Assembly (NCBI GenBank): GCA_947498415.1
Contig: CANMKB010000007.1
Span: forward strand, 9,393 to 73,392
Length of the DNA stretch: 64,000 nucleotides
DNA from: an uncultured Rhodobacteraceae bacterium
GTDB lineage: Bacteria > Pseudomonadota > Alphaproteobacteria > Rhodobacterales > Rhodobacteraceae
Direction: 5' to 3'
In this document: positions 47,456 to 56,794 of the stretch, one piece after another
Position numbering within the stretch: position 1 is the first letter of the stretch
How the letters are laid out: the number at the start of each line of letters is the position of its first letter
Notes under the pieces: generated by a model
Database searches by the model: none
Told to the model about the DNA's origin: nothing
The model's input: the letters and a program-made list of their open reading frames with translations, nothing else
Translations under genes and position numbers: made by a program

Positions 47456-48451
47456 ATGCAGACTGGCCCGAATAATTTGATCACCGATGTTTCTGGCTTT
47501 GTGGTTGGAAATGCCTCGGACGACACCATAAAATCTGGCTGTACTGTATTTACCGCAGACACCCCGTTCACCGCTGCGGTACATGTGATGGGAGGTGCCC
47601 CCGGCACCCGAGAAACAGACCTTTTGGCGCCAGATAAAACGGTGCAACAGGTCGACGCGTTGGTGTTATCTGGCGGATCAGCCTTTGGGTTGGATGCCGC
47701 ATCGGGGGTCGCGGACATGCTTCGTACACAAGGGCGCGGGTTTCAGGTTGTGGATCAAAACATCCCAATTGTCCCTGCTGCAATCTTGTTTGACATGCTC
47801 AATGGCGGCGACAAAAACTGGCAAGCTTCTCCGTATAACTCACTCGGTCGTGCGGCGCTGGCCAATGCTGCAACGACATTTGATTTAGGAACAGCTGGCG
47901 CTGGGACTGGAGCCACGACCGCAAACTTTAAAGGTGGTTTAGGCTCTGCTTCGGTTGTGCTGCCCTCTGGACATACCGTGGGGGCTTTGGTGGCGGTGAA
48001 CGCGCTCGGCGACGCGGTTGTGCCAGATACCCAGAACTTTTGGGCGGCCCCTTGGGAGCTGAATGGCGAATTTGGTGGATATGGTCCAGCGAAGACTTAT
48101 CCGGCTGACTGGCCAAAGACGAAACTTTCAGAACAGAACACCACCATCGCCATTGTCGCAACAGATGCAGATCTGACACAAGCTCAGTGTACGAGAATGG
48201 CCGTAGCTGCGCATGATGGAATGGCGCGGGCACTCGTTCCATCGCACACACCGATGGATGGCGATCTTGTATTTGCTGCAACGACCAACACACGACCTCT
48301 GAAAGACCCTGTAAACGATCCAATCTACATTGGGCATGCGGCCGCGACTTGCCTGGCCCGTGCCATCGCAAGGGGCGTGTTTATGGCAGGCGCATCAGCA
48401 GGAGATGTTCTTCCAGTCTTCAAAGATCAAATTACGACATCCAATGCTTAA
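47456..48451 (+). CDS. P1/S58 family peptidase (DmpA-like)
   Basis: ITDVSGF.VG, GGAPGTRET, LSGGSAFGL, NTTIAIVATDA, DGD.VFA. Confidence 0.87.
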   Translation: MQTGPNNLITDVSGFVVGNASDDTIKSGCTVFTADTPFTAAVHVMGGAPGTRETDLLAPDKTVQQVDALVLSGGSAFGLDAASGVADMLRTQGRGFQVVDQNIPIVPAAILFDMLNGGDKNWQASPYNSLGRAALANAATTFDLGTAGAGTGATTANFKGGLGSASVVLPSGHTVGALVAVNALGDAVVPDTQNFWAAPWELNGEFGGYGPAKTYPADWPKTKLSEQNTTIAIVATDADLTQAQCTRMAVAAHDGMARALVPSHTPMDGDLVFAATTNTRPLKDPVNDPIYIGHAAATCLARAIARGVFMAGASAGDVLPVFKDQITTSNA

Positions 48452-48452
48452 A

Positions 48453-48492
48453 CCTTCATAAAACCGAAACCTGTTTGTCACATCGACGTCAC
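48453..48492 (+). promoter_or_regulatory. Pho-box array upstream of the phytase-like gene
   Basis: Units at an 11-bp period: CCTTCAT (48453), CCGAAAC (48464), TTGTCAC (48475), ACGTCAC (48486). Confidence 0.6.
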
Positions 48493-48534
48493 GCATCACA
48501 CTCATCCCTCCATCACCGAATTCTTTGGAGAAAT

Positions 48535-50724
48535 ATGATGTCTGCACGCCTCATTTGCTTGACATCGGCCCTTGCCATGACCGCTGGTCTGGCACACGCC
48601 GAAATGAACTTTAACCGCATCGCAAGCTTTGCCACACCGTTGAACATGGCAGCGGGCGAAGACACAAACCGCGAAACATCCCCGGAAATCATCGCAGCGA
48701 CGGCCGACGGCATGACTCTGGTCTACACAGACAGCCCTTTGGGTGCTTTGGGTCGCGTAGACATCACGGATGCCACGAACCCAAAACCACTGGGCAACAT
48801 CGCACTGGACGGTGAGCCAACTTCTGTGGCGATCGTGGGCGCGACGGCTTATGCCGGTGTGAACACTTCTGAATCATACACAGCGCCGTCTGGCCTGCTG
48901 CAAGCCATCGACGTTGCAACCGGCAACATCTCGGCATCTTGCAACTTGGGCGGCCAACCTGATTCAATCGCGGCCTCAAAAGATGGCAAGTTCATCGCAG
49001 TTGCAATCGAAAACGAGCGCGACGAAGACCTGAACGACGGCCTGATTCCACAGATGCCTGCCGGCAATCTAATCTTGGTGAACACGACCGAGGGTGGTCT
49101 TGATTGTTCATCCCTGAAAATGGTTGACCTCACAGGTCTGGCAGAGGTTGCTCCAACTGATCCAGAGCCTGAGTATGTCTCGATCAACGCATTGGGTGAA
49201 ACTGTCGTGACCTTGCAAGAAAACAACCACATGGTTGTTGTGTCCGCAGAGGGTGACATCCTGAACCACTTCTCTGCTGGCGCTGTTGATTTGGAAAACA
49301 TTGATGCAACGGACGAACGTGGCGCATTGATCTTCACAGAATCTCAAAAAGGCCGCCTACGCGAACCGGATGCCGTGACATGGATCGATGACAACCACTT
49401 CGCGACAGCCAACGAAGGTGACTATAACGGTGGCTCTCGCGGTTGGACGATCTTTAACAAAAACGGCACCGTGGTTTATGAATCTGGTACCGATTTCGAA
49501 CACGCGATCATCCAGATCGGTCACTACCCTGACAAGCGCTCTGACTCCAAAGGCGTAGAGCCTGAATCTGTCACCTTCGGCGAATTCAATGGCACACCCT
49601 ATGTGTTTGTTGGCGCAGAACGTGCGTCAGTTGTTGGTGCTTATGACGTCACCAACCCAGCCGCCCCTGTTCTAAAACAACTTTTGCCTTCCGGTGTTGG
49701 GCCAGAAGGTTATGCCGTGATCCCTGAGCGTAACCTGCTGGTATCCGCAAACGAGAAAGACCTGATCCAAGATGGCGGCGCCCGTGCGCACGTTATGCTT
49801 TTTGAACAGCAAGAGGCACCTGCAGCTTACCCACACCTGACATCTGCAGGCGCAGATGAGCTGATCGGCTGGGGCGCGATCTCTGGTATGGTTGCCGACA
49901 AAGATGGCATCGTATGGGCAGTCAACGACAGCTTCTACGGCTTCCAGCCTTCGATCTTTAAGATCGACACCAACCACACACCAGCACGCATTGTGGATGT
50001 GATCCGCATCCACCGCCAGAACGGCGCAGCCGCTCAGAAACTGGATCTCGAAGGGATCACGCTAGATGGAAAAGGCGGCTTTTACGTTGCATCCGAAGGT
50101 CGTACCGGCCGTGTGATCCCGCATGCGATTTACCATGTCTCTGCTGACGGTCTGATCAAAGACCGTAAGGGCGAGATTGGCCTGCCAGCAGAATTGCTAA
50201 ACGTTGAAAAGCGTCACGCATTCGAAGGCATCACCAAAATCGGCGATACCCTATGGATGGCGATCCAGCGCGAGTGGAAAGACGATCCAAAAGATCACGT
50301 CAAATTGGTATCTTACAACTTGGAGACCAAAGAATGGGGCGCGGTGCACTATCCAAAAGCCAAGCCTGACACGGGTTGGGTTGGATTGTCAGAAATCACA
50401 GCGCATGGCGACTATGTCTATGTGATCGAACGTGACAACCAAAACGACGCACGCGCAGTCACTAAGAAAATCTACCGCATCCCAGCGGCAGAAATGGTTC
50501 CGGCAGCATTGGGCGGCGAACTGCCAGTGGTTTCAAAAGAACTGGTACGTGACCTGATCCCTGACCTGACGTCCACTGGCGGTTACGTTCTGGACAAGGT
50601 TGAAGGCCTCGCAATCATGGAAGACGGCACTGCGTTCTTCTCCACCGACAATGACGGTGTAGATGATCACTCTGGTGAAACCATCTTTATGAACATCGGC
50701 AAGATCACCGATCAGAACTCTTAA
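48535..50724 (+). CDS. Secreted two-domain beta-propeller: alkaline-phosphatase-associated N-domain plus phytase-like esterase domain
   Basis: Signal peptide after a GGAG SD; EPEYV, TLQENN, EPDAV, ANEGD, KGVEPE, GAER; then DLEGIT, FEGIT, GLSEI, KVEGLA, TDNDG. Confidence 0.8.
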   Translation: MMSARLICLTSALAMTAGLAHAEMNFNRIASFATPLNMAAGEDTNRETSPEIIAATADGMTLVYTDSPLGALGRVDITDATNPKPLGNIALDGEPTSVAIVGATAYAGVNTSESYTAPSGLLQAIDVATGNISASCNLGGQPDSIAASKDGKFIAVAIENERDEDLNDGLIPQMPAGNLILVNTTEGGLDCSSLKMVDLTGLAEVAPTDPEPEYVSINALGETVVTLQENNHMVVVSAEGDILNHFSAGAVDLENIDATDERGALIFTESQKGRLREPDAVTWIDDNHFATANEGDYNGGSRGWTIFNKNGTVVYESGTDFEHAIIQIGHYPDKRSDSKGVEPESVTFGEFNGTPYVFVGAERASVVGAYDVTNPAAPVLKQLLPSGVGPEGYAVIPERNLLVSANEKDLIQDGGARAHVMLFEQQEAPAAYPHLTSAGADELIGWGAISGMVADKDGIVWAVNDSFYGFQPSIFKIDTNHTPARIVDVIRIHRQNGAAAQKLDLEGITLDGKGGFYVASEGRTGRVIPHAIYHVSADGLIKDRKGEIGLPAELLNVEKRHAFEGITKIGDTLWMAIQREWKDDPKDHVKLVSYNLETKEWGAVHYPKAKPDTGWVGLSEITAHGDYVYVIERDNQNDARAVTKKIYRIPAAEMVPAALGGELPVVSKELVRDLIPDLTSTGGYVLDKVEGLAIMEDGTAFFSTDNDGVDDHSGETIFMNIGKITDQNS

Positions 50725-50743
50725 AATTATCGAATTCATCGTG

Positions 50744-50780
50744 AAACGCGCAGGGCCTTGCTCTGCGCGTTTTTCTTTTG
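50744..50780 (+). terminator. Terminator after the phytase-like gene
   Basis: AAACGCGCAG/CTGCGCGTTT stem plus T-rich tail. Confidence 0.75.
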
Positions 50781-50854
50781 TCCGCGGTGTTTGTACTTGA
50801 CCTGTTCAGCCAGGCAATCTAATTCGCTTTCCTCCCTCATTTCAGGATTGCGCC

Positions 50855-52090
50855 ATGCCCCATTCCAATGCCCTAGGTATCGACTTTGGAACGTCAAACT
50901 CTGCCGTTGGATACATGCGAGATGGCGTACCTCAACTGACCCAAATGGCATCTGGGCAAACCACCCTTCCCACCAGTTTCTTCTTTGATTTCGAAAGCCG
51001 TGCCACGTTGATCGGTGACCCTGCAAACAAAGCTTTGCTGAATGGAGATGAGGGCCGGTATATGCGTGCGCTTAAACGCGTTTTGGGCACCTCTTTGATG
51101 CATGAAAAGCGCCAGTTGCTGAATGAACGCCTGACTTTTGTCGACATCATCGCCCGCTTTTTGCGAGAGTTAAAATCAAGGGCCGAAGTAGAAGCTGGCC
51201 AGTCCTTTGATACCGTCGTTTCGGGCCGCCCGGTTGTATTTCATGGCGCTGATGATCCACGAGAACAACAAGCCGAAGATGACCTGCGCCAATGTTACGA
51301 GGCGGCCGGCTTCAAAGAGGTTTCTTTTTTAGCGGAGCCCGAAGCTGCCGCCATCGCAGATGGTGGTGCAGCCGGCCTTGGACTGATCGTAGACATCGGG
51401 GGCGGCACCTCTGATTTCACGCTCTTTGAGCAACGTGAAAACGCCACACCAAAAGTGCTTGTGAACCACGGTGTGCGTATTGGTGGCACCGACTTTGATC
51501 AGGCCATTAGCTTTGCACAAGTCATGCCCCTTTTGGGCAAGGGGTCATCGTTAAAACGTGAATTTGGCTCTGGTACAACAGACACGCCAAACGCAATATT
51601 CCATGACCTATCAACCTGGGAGAAAATCCCGTTTCTATATACGGCGCAAACCCGTCGCATGGTTGCCGATATGGCCAAACTAGCCGCAGAACCAGAAAAA
51701 CTCTCGCGGTTAGAGACAGTTTTGACAGATGAGCTTGGGCACGACATTGCCTTTGCTGTCGAAGCTGGAAAGGTCGCCGCAAACAAAGACACCGCCGCTG
51801 GTATTTCGCTAGGGATGATCGAACGTGGATTAAGCGCGCCACTCACGGTGAACGACATGAACGTCTTACTTCTAAAGTTCACCGAGCAATTATTCATGGG
51901 GGTACAAGACACCCTGCGCCTTGCTGGCCTGCGCCCTGATCAGGTGGATCGTGTTGTATATGTGGGGGGATCTAGTCTGATGCGGTTTGTGTCAGAAGCG
52001 ATGCACGCTGTCCTACCACATGCAGAGCACAGCTATACCGAAGTCTTCACTGCTGTTGCCAAAGGGCTGACGCTCGCAACCGAGCGCTAA
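50855..52090 (+). CDS. Hsp70-family protein, YegD-like (ATPase domain only)
   Basis: GIDFGTSNS, GRPV.F, EPEAAA, DIGGGTSDF, GGTDFD, GGSS; no substrate-binding domain. Confidence 0.87.
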   Translation: MPHSNALGIDFGTSNSAVGYMRDGVPQLTQMASGQTTLPTSFFFDFESRATLIGDPANKALLNGDEGRYMRALKRVLGTSLMHEKRQLLNERLTFVDIIARFLRELKSRAEVEAGQSFDTVVSGRPVVFHGADDPREQQAEDDLRQCYEAAGFKEVSFLAEPEAAAIADGGAAGLGLIVDIGGGTSDFTLFEQRENATPKVLVNHGVRIGGTDFDQAISFAQVMPLLGKGSSLKREFGSGTTDTPNAIFHDLSTWEKIPFLYTAQTRRMVADMAKLAAEPEKLSRLETVLTDELGHDIAFAVEAGKVAANKDTAAGISLGMIERGLSAPLTVNDMNVLLLKFTEQLFMGVQDTLRLAGLRPDQVDRVVYVGGSSLMRFVSEAMHAVLPHAEHSYTEVFTAVAKGLTLATER

Positions 52091-52097
52091 ACAGAAA

Positions 52098-52121
52098 GCC
52101 CCCGCCGTTTAAGACGGGGGC
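52098..52121. terminator. Hairpin between convergent Hsp70-like gene and ibpA
   Basis: GCCCCCG/CGGGGGC inverted repeat. Confidence 0.55.
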
Positions 52122-52139
52122 CCATGTATTCACAAATAC

Positions 52140-52610
52140 TTAGTTTACGGCCTTTGCATCAACAACGTCCGTCGGGATCGCATTTCTGCCTCGCGCGATT
52201 TCGATACGGCGCGGTTTTAGGGCCTCGGGAACTTCCCGAACCAATTCGATGTGCAACATGCCATCTTCATGGCTTGCACCGCTTACGCGCACGTGGTCTG
52301 CCAGTTGGAACCGGCGCTCAAACGCTCGGGTCGCAATTCCGCGATGCAAATAGGACGTTTCTTTCTCGGATTCAGGTCGCTTCGCGCTAACGACAAGCGC
52401 GTTTTCTTTCACCTCAATCGCAAGATCATCCGCCGAGAAACCGGCCACCGCAATTGAAATACGGTAAGCGTCTTCGGCGGTCTTTTCGATATTGTAAGGG
52501 GGGTACGTTGGGCTAGGAACATTATCGGACAATACGCGGTCCATCATGTCTGCAATTTGGTCAAATCCAACGGATGCACGGTAAAGCGGTGTAAAATCAA
52601 AGCTGCGCAT
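52140..52610 (-). CDS. ibpA: Small heat shock protein IbpA
   Basis: GFDQ, YPPYNIEK, AVAGF, LHRGIATRAFERRFQLAD, GMLHIEL. Confidence 0.95.
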   Translation of the reverse strand: MRSFDFTPLYRASVGFDQIADMMDRVLSDNVPSPTYPPYNIEKTAEDAYRISIAVAGFSADDLAIEVKENALVVSAKRPESEKETSYLHRGIATRAFERRFQLADHVRVSGASHEDGMLHIELVREVPEALKPRRIEIARGRNAIPTDVVDAKAVN

Positions 52611-52698
52611 GGGTTATCCTCCATCATGAGCGACAACAAAAATGCCTTCCCTTTGGGACAGGCTTGTTTCTTACCGGGCCCTGAACTGGCACCCGATG
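52611..52698 (-). promoter_or_regulatory. ROSE-like RNA thermometer in the ibpA 5' UTR
   Basis: Minus strand GUCGCUC-AUGAUG-GAGGAU pairs the U(U/C)GCU motif with the SD, with a bulged G. Confidence 0.65.
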
Positions 52699-52704
52699 CA
52701 AAAG

Positions 52705-52733
52705 AGATGGGAAAGCTGAAATACGGTTTCAAG
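52705..52733 (-). promoter_or_regulatory. RpoH (sigma32) promoter of ibpA
   Basis: CTTGAA-N16-CCCATCT on the minus strand. Confidence 0.7.
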
Positions 52734-52744
52734 ACCCAAAGGCG

Positions 52745-53560
52745 TTAGGGTTTAACCTTTAGAAATTTCGCACTGTTTGTGCGACCCTGGCCAACCGTGA
52801 TGCGTTTGGCCCCTGCACCTGCTCGAATGGTCGGTAGATCCTCATTGCGCAGCTGGAGTTTTAACGCAGATACGATGCTCGGTAGTTCCATCCCACGAGC
52901 ACGTTTCACGCCCTCGGTGTCTTGGTGCATGCTGGAGATCAAAGATAATATGCGCACTCGATTGCCATATCGAACAAACACAGGCGCACCGGACGAACCA
53001 AAGGTGATATCGCAATCAAAGGACATAAGCCCATAACCGCGTTCCAGCAGATCGCAATCGCGCTGCCAGCTCATCGCCTCAGAGCGTCCTTTGCCATAAG
53101 ACATCACCTGCACGTTCTTGACCTCATCCAAATCTGTATGAACAGAAAATGGATTGGCTTCGGATGTGGAAATCGGTGAATTCAGCTGCAATAGAGCCAC
53201 ATCCCGTGAAGAATTTCGCGCAGATATCAGCGCGCCTTCATCAGCATAGCCCTTTGCAACGACAACTTTGTTCACACGTCTTTCATACAATGAATCCCCA
53301 TTCAGATACCCCCCTCTAAAGACAATCCGATCGGCTCCGACTTGTGGTGATCCATCGTTTTTAAACAGACAATGCGCTGCGGTTAAAACCTGATCAGAGC
53401 CGATCAAAACGCCAGTACAATATCCGACACCTTGCACATCGACGCGTCCAACGGCTTCCCATCCCAGCATGTCCCCACGGTTATCCATTCGTTCGAGTGC
53501 CGTGCCAGCGACGCCGGGGCTCGCCATGAGGGCAATCAATAGAGTGAGAAAGCGCAACAT
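52745..53560 (-). CDS. Secreted trypsin-like serine protease
   Basis: Signal peptide, CTGVLI, TAAHC, DVALL, FGSSGAP. Start at 53560 or 53563. Confidence 0.85.
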   Translation of the reverse strand: MLRFLTLLIALMASPGVAGTALERMDNRGDMLGWEAVGRVDVQGVGYCTGVLIGSDQVLTAAHCLFKNDGSPQVGADRIVFRGGYLNGDSLYERRVNKVVVAKGYADEGALISARNSSRDVALLQLNSPISTSEANPFSVHTDLDEVKNVQVMSYGKGRSEAMSWQRDCDLLERGYGLMSFDCDITFGSSGAPVFVRYGNRVRILSLISSMHQDTEGVKRARGMELPSIVSALKLQLRNEDLPTIRAGAGAKRITVGQGRTNSAKFLKVKP

Positions 53561-53573
53561 CAAAAGGTGACCT

Positions 53574-54275
53574 TCAATGCAACGCTGTAAATTCTGCCGC
53601 CTTCAACCGCGCCCGAAGCTCTGACAGGGTGGCCGCAACATCGGTGGCAATGGCAACGGGACGACCGTCCGCTCGCGCCATGGCGGACACAAGAGATACA
53701 ACACGCGGCTCTCCGTGCCGAACTTGAACAACAGGAGCTCCGCTTGTTCCAAAGCTGGCCTGACAAGTGGTCACAAACACACCTTCTGGTCGCGCGGAGA
53801 TCGCACAGGATTCTTGAAACGTAAGGGTCTCTGAACGATCTCGCCCATAAGACATCACCCCGACAGAGCGACCTGACAAATCCAATGCAGCGACTTTCAT
53901 CGGAACGACTGAAGATGTGGGCAATGGGCGATCCAACTGAAGTAAAGCAATATCAAACATCAAGTTTGTAATCTGACCGGCCGAAGATGCACGATACTGA
54001 GAATGCGCCACGGCGCGGCGCACACCACGTTGCGCGATGGAATTCCCGTTCTTGTACCCCGCACGAAATGTAAGTTGCCCTGCATCAAATCGCGCACCTG
54101 AATATTTGTCATACAGGCAATGTGCGGCGGTCAGAACGATGTCTGGGGCGATAAGCGTCCCTGTGCAAAAACCCGCATTCCCAAGCTCAACCCGGCCAAC
54201 TGCATTCGCGTCAGAGGACTGAGCGGTAATCGGTGCAGCTAAAAGAGTAAGCGCAAGGGCAATAAGGCGTAGCAT
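53574..54275 (-). CDS. Secreted trypsin-like serine protease (paralog)
   Basis: Signal peptide, CTGTLI, TAAHC, DIALL, FGTSGAP. Confidence 0.85.
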   Translation of the reverse strand: MLRLIALALTLLAAPITAQSSDANAVGRVELGNAGFCTGTLIAPDIVLTAAHCLYDKYSGARFDAGQLTFRAGYKNGNSIAQRGVRRAVAHSQYRASSAGQITNLMFDIALLQLDRPLPTSSVVPMKVAALDLSGRSVGVMSYGRDRSETLTFQESCAISARPEGVFVTTCQASFGTSGAPVVQVRHGEPRVVSLVSAMARADGRPVAIATDVAATLSELRARLKAAEFTALH

Positions 54276-54337
54276 CGGAACTCCAATTCAGAATTCCCGA
54301 TACTCTGCCGTGGTGAACTGTCAAAATTGGGACGCGA

Positions 54338-55666
54338 CTAAGACGATCTCAGGATTGGTACGCCTTCATCTCGCCCAATTTCTCCGCGCATCGCTGGCGG
54401 CTTTGGCCCGCCTGTGACCCAATCCAAAAGTTCGACCGTATGCACAATCGGAACATTGCTTCCGGACGCGATCTGCATCATGCAGCCGATGTTCCCCGCC
54501 GCAATGACATCAGGTTTTGTGGCCTCAAGGGTTTGAACCTTTCGATCCCGAAGCTGTTGGGAAATTTCGGGTTGAAGCAAATTGTACGTCCCGGCTGAGC
54601 CACAACACAGATGCCCATCAACAGGCTCTAATACAGCGAAACCCGCCGCTTGTAGCAACTCTTTCGGTGCCGTTTTCACCTGCTGACCATGCTGCAACGA
54701 ACATGCAGCGTGATAGGCCACATTCAGCTTGGTCGGTACGCACTCTGGCAAGCCGAGATCCAGCAAAACTTCGGAAATGTCTTTTGCAATCGCTGATACG
54801 CGTGCGGCGTCCTCGGCCAGTGGATCGTTGCGGAACATATGCCCATAGTCTTTGATGGTCGTCCCACAGCCAGATGTGTTGATAACAATGGCGTCAAGGC
54901 CGTCCGTGTCCAATTCTTTGATCCAGGCTTTAATATTGTTCGCCGCGTATTTGTGGCTTTTTTCTTCCTTGCCCATATGGTGGGTCAGCGCACCACAACA
55001 ACCGGCCCCTTTGGCGATCACCACCTCACACCCCAATCGGCGCAACAAACGGATCGTTGCATCATTGATATCGGTGTTCAGCGCCTTTTGGGCACATCCA
55101 GTCATAAGAGCGACGCGTTTTTTCGGCGCATTCTGTGGTGCAAACACTTGCGGATCATCGTTTCGACTGACTGGAGGAATGGTTTTGGGCGCCATCTTAA
55201 GCATGGCTTGCAACTGCTTACTTGGGATCAGACTTGCAAAGGGGCGCCCGATCTTTGCCCCCAACAATGCAAAACGAAACCGCATCGGATATGGTAAAAT
55301 TTGCGCCAACATCCAGCGCAAAACACGATCCATAAAGGGGCGCTTATAATTCTGCTCGATGTATGCGCGGGCATGATCAATCAAATGCATATAGTGCACA
55401 CCAGATGGGCAAGTGTTCATGCATGACAGGCAGGAGAGGCAGCGATCAATGTGCTTGACCGTTTTTTCGTCCGGCACACGTTCGTTCTCAAGCATATCCT
55501 TGATCAGATATATACGGCCCCGCGGACTATCCAATTCGTCACCAAGCACCTGATACGTCGGGCAAGTGGCTGTGCAGAACCCACAATGCACACACGAACG
55601 CAATATCTCATTGGCTCGTTTAACACCCGGGTCTTTAAGTTGCTCTTCCGAGAATTCTGTACGCAT
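54338..55666 (-). CDS. glcF: Glycolate oxidase Fe-S subunit
   Basis: CVHCGFCTATCP, CLSCLSCMNTCP, CCGAL, CCGSAGTY. Confidence 0.93.
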   Translation of the reverse strand: MRTEFSEEQLKDPGVKRANEILRSCVHCGFCTATCPTYQVLGDELDSPRGRIYLIKDMLENERVPDEKTVKHIDRCLSCLSCMNTCPSGVHYMHLIDHARAYIEQNYKRPFMDRVLRWMLAQILPYPMRFRFALLGAKIGRPFASLIPSKQLQAMLKMAPKTIPPVSRNDDPQVFAPQNAPKKRVALMTGCAQKALNTDINDATIRLLRRLGCEVVIAKGAGCCGALTHHMGKEEKSHKYAANNIKAWIKELDTDGLDAIVINTSGCGTTIKDYGHMFRNDPLAEDAARVSAIAKDISEVLLDLGLPECVPTKLNVAYHAACSLQHGQQVKTAPKELLQAAGFAVLEPVDGHLCCGSAGTYNLLQPEISQQLRDRKVQTLEATKPDVIAAGNIGCMMQIASGSNVPIVHTVELLDWVTGGPKPPAMRGEIGRDEGVPILRSS

Positions 55667-55669
55667 CGT

Positions 55670-56794
55670 TTATCCCATCAGTCCCGGGTTCAGCAAACCA
55701 CGCGGGTCAAATTTCTGTCTCAGTGATTGGCTTAACTTGGCCACAACCTGGTTTTCTGGATGGAACCGATTGTACCCCGTACCGCGCACCAAAGTGGCAT
55801 GGCCTTCAATGCCCTTCATCTTATCGCGAACATCCTCATCAGGTGAAGTCAGCAGCCATACAAGCCCCCCGCCCCAGTCATACAACACCCGGTCGGTGTT
55901 GATCTGTGACACTAACATTGGTGCGTCCGAAGGTTTCACCGAAATGCGCCACACATTTCCGGGGCGATTATGGAAAAGTTCCACATCACAAACCCATCGC
56001 CATCCTGCAGTGGTCCGATCAGCTGAAAACTCTGATTGCGTGTCATAGGTTGGCGCAACGCGCTGGCGGAGCTGTTCAATTCTATAGCGCACAGACTCTT
56101 CAAATCCTTCGATCCGAAGCATTGTGACCGGATGCCCATCTATGCCCGTTGGCACATGCGCAACTCCTGTCAGCTCGAACGGAGAGCCCAGCGCCGCTGA
56201 CATCACCGAAAGCGCCTCTGTGTCTGAAAGGCCATTGATAAGCAAAACGCCGACGCACTCGGGCTTTGGTAACACCTTGAGGCTCACCTCTGTCAGAACA
56301 CCAAGTGTTCCGTAGCTGCCTGCCATTAGCTTGACGAGATCATAGCCCGTCACGTTTTTCATCACGCGCCCACCGTTGCGCAGAACTCTGCCCTGGCCGT
56401 CCACAAACTCAACGCCCAGCGCGGCATCCCGGCAAGCCCCGATCGCAACACGACGCGGCCCAGAAGAGTTTGTTGCAACAACGCCGCCCAACGTGGGTTC
56501 GCCTGTTTGCCCGGTTAGTCCCCGCAGATCAGGCGGCTCGAATGCAAGGCGTTGGTTTTCACCTGCAAGAAGTGTTTCGATCTCTGCAAGGGGCGTGCCA
56601 GCTTTGGCCACCAACGTCATCGCCTCTGGTTCATACAGGGCGACGCCTGATAGTTGCGAAGTTGAAACGGTGTCGTTTTCGCCGAATGTGACCCCACATG
56701 TGTCACCCCCTATGATCGAAAACGGAGACTTACGTGTGCGAACAAGCTCTGCCAGTTCCGTGACCTCAGTCGGATTGAACATAGCTTTAGTCAT
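55670..56794 (-). CDS. glcE: Glycolate oxidase FAD subunit
   Basis: YEPEAMTL, GPRR..GACRD, GGRVMKNVTGYDL, YDWGGGL. Confidence 0.92.
   Translation of the reverse strand: MTKAMFNPTEVTELAELVRTRKSPFSIIGGDTCGVTFGENDTVSTSQLSGVALYEPEAMTLVAKAGTPLAEIETLLAGENQRLAFEPPDLRGLTGQTGEPTLGGVVATNSSGPRRVAIGACRDAALGVEFVDGQGRVLRNGGRVMKNVTGYDLVKLMAGSYGTLGVLTEVSLKVLPKPECVGVLLINGLSDTEALSVMSAALGSPFELTGVAHVPTGIDGHPVTMLRIEGFEESVRYRIEQLRQRVAPTYDTQSEFSADRTTAGWRWVCDVELFHNRPGNVWRISVKPSDAPMLVSQINTDRVLYDWGGGLVWLLTSPDEDVRDKMKGIEGHATLVRGTGYNRFHPENQVVAKLSQSLRQKFDPRGLLNPGLMG

Noticed and set aside
48349-48534. N-terminal extension of the phytase-like ORF
   Set aside because: It overlaps the DmpA gene and the Pho boxes; the signal peptide starts at 48535.
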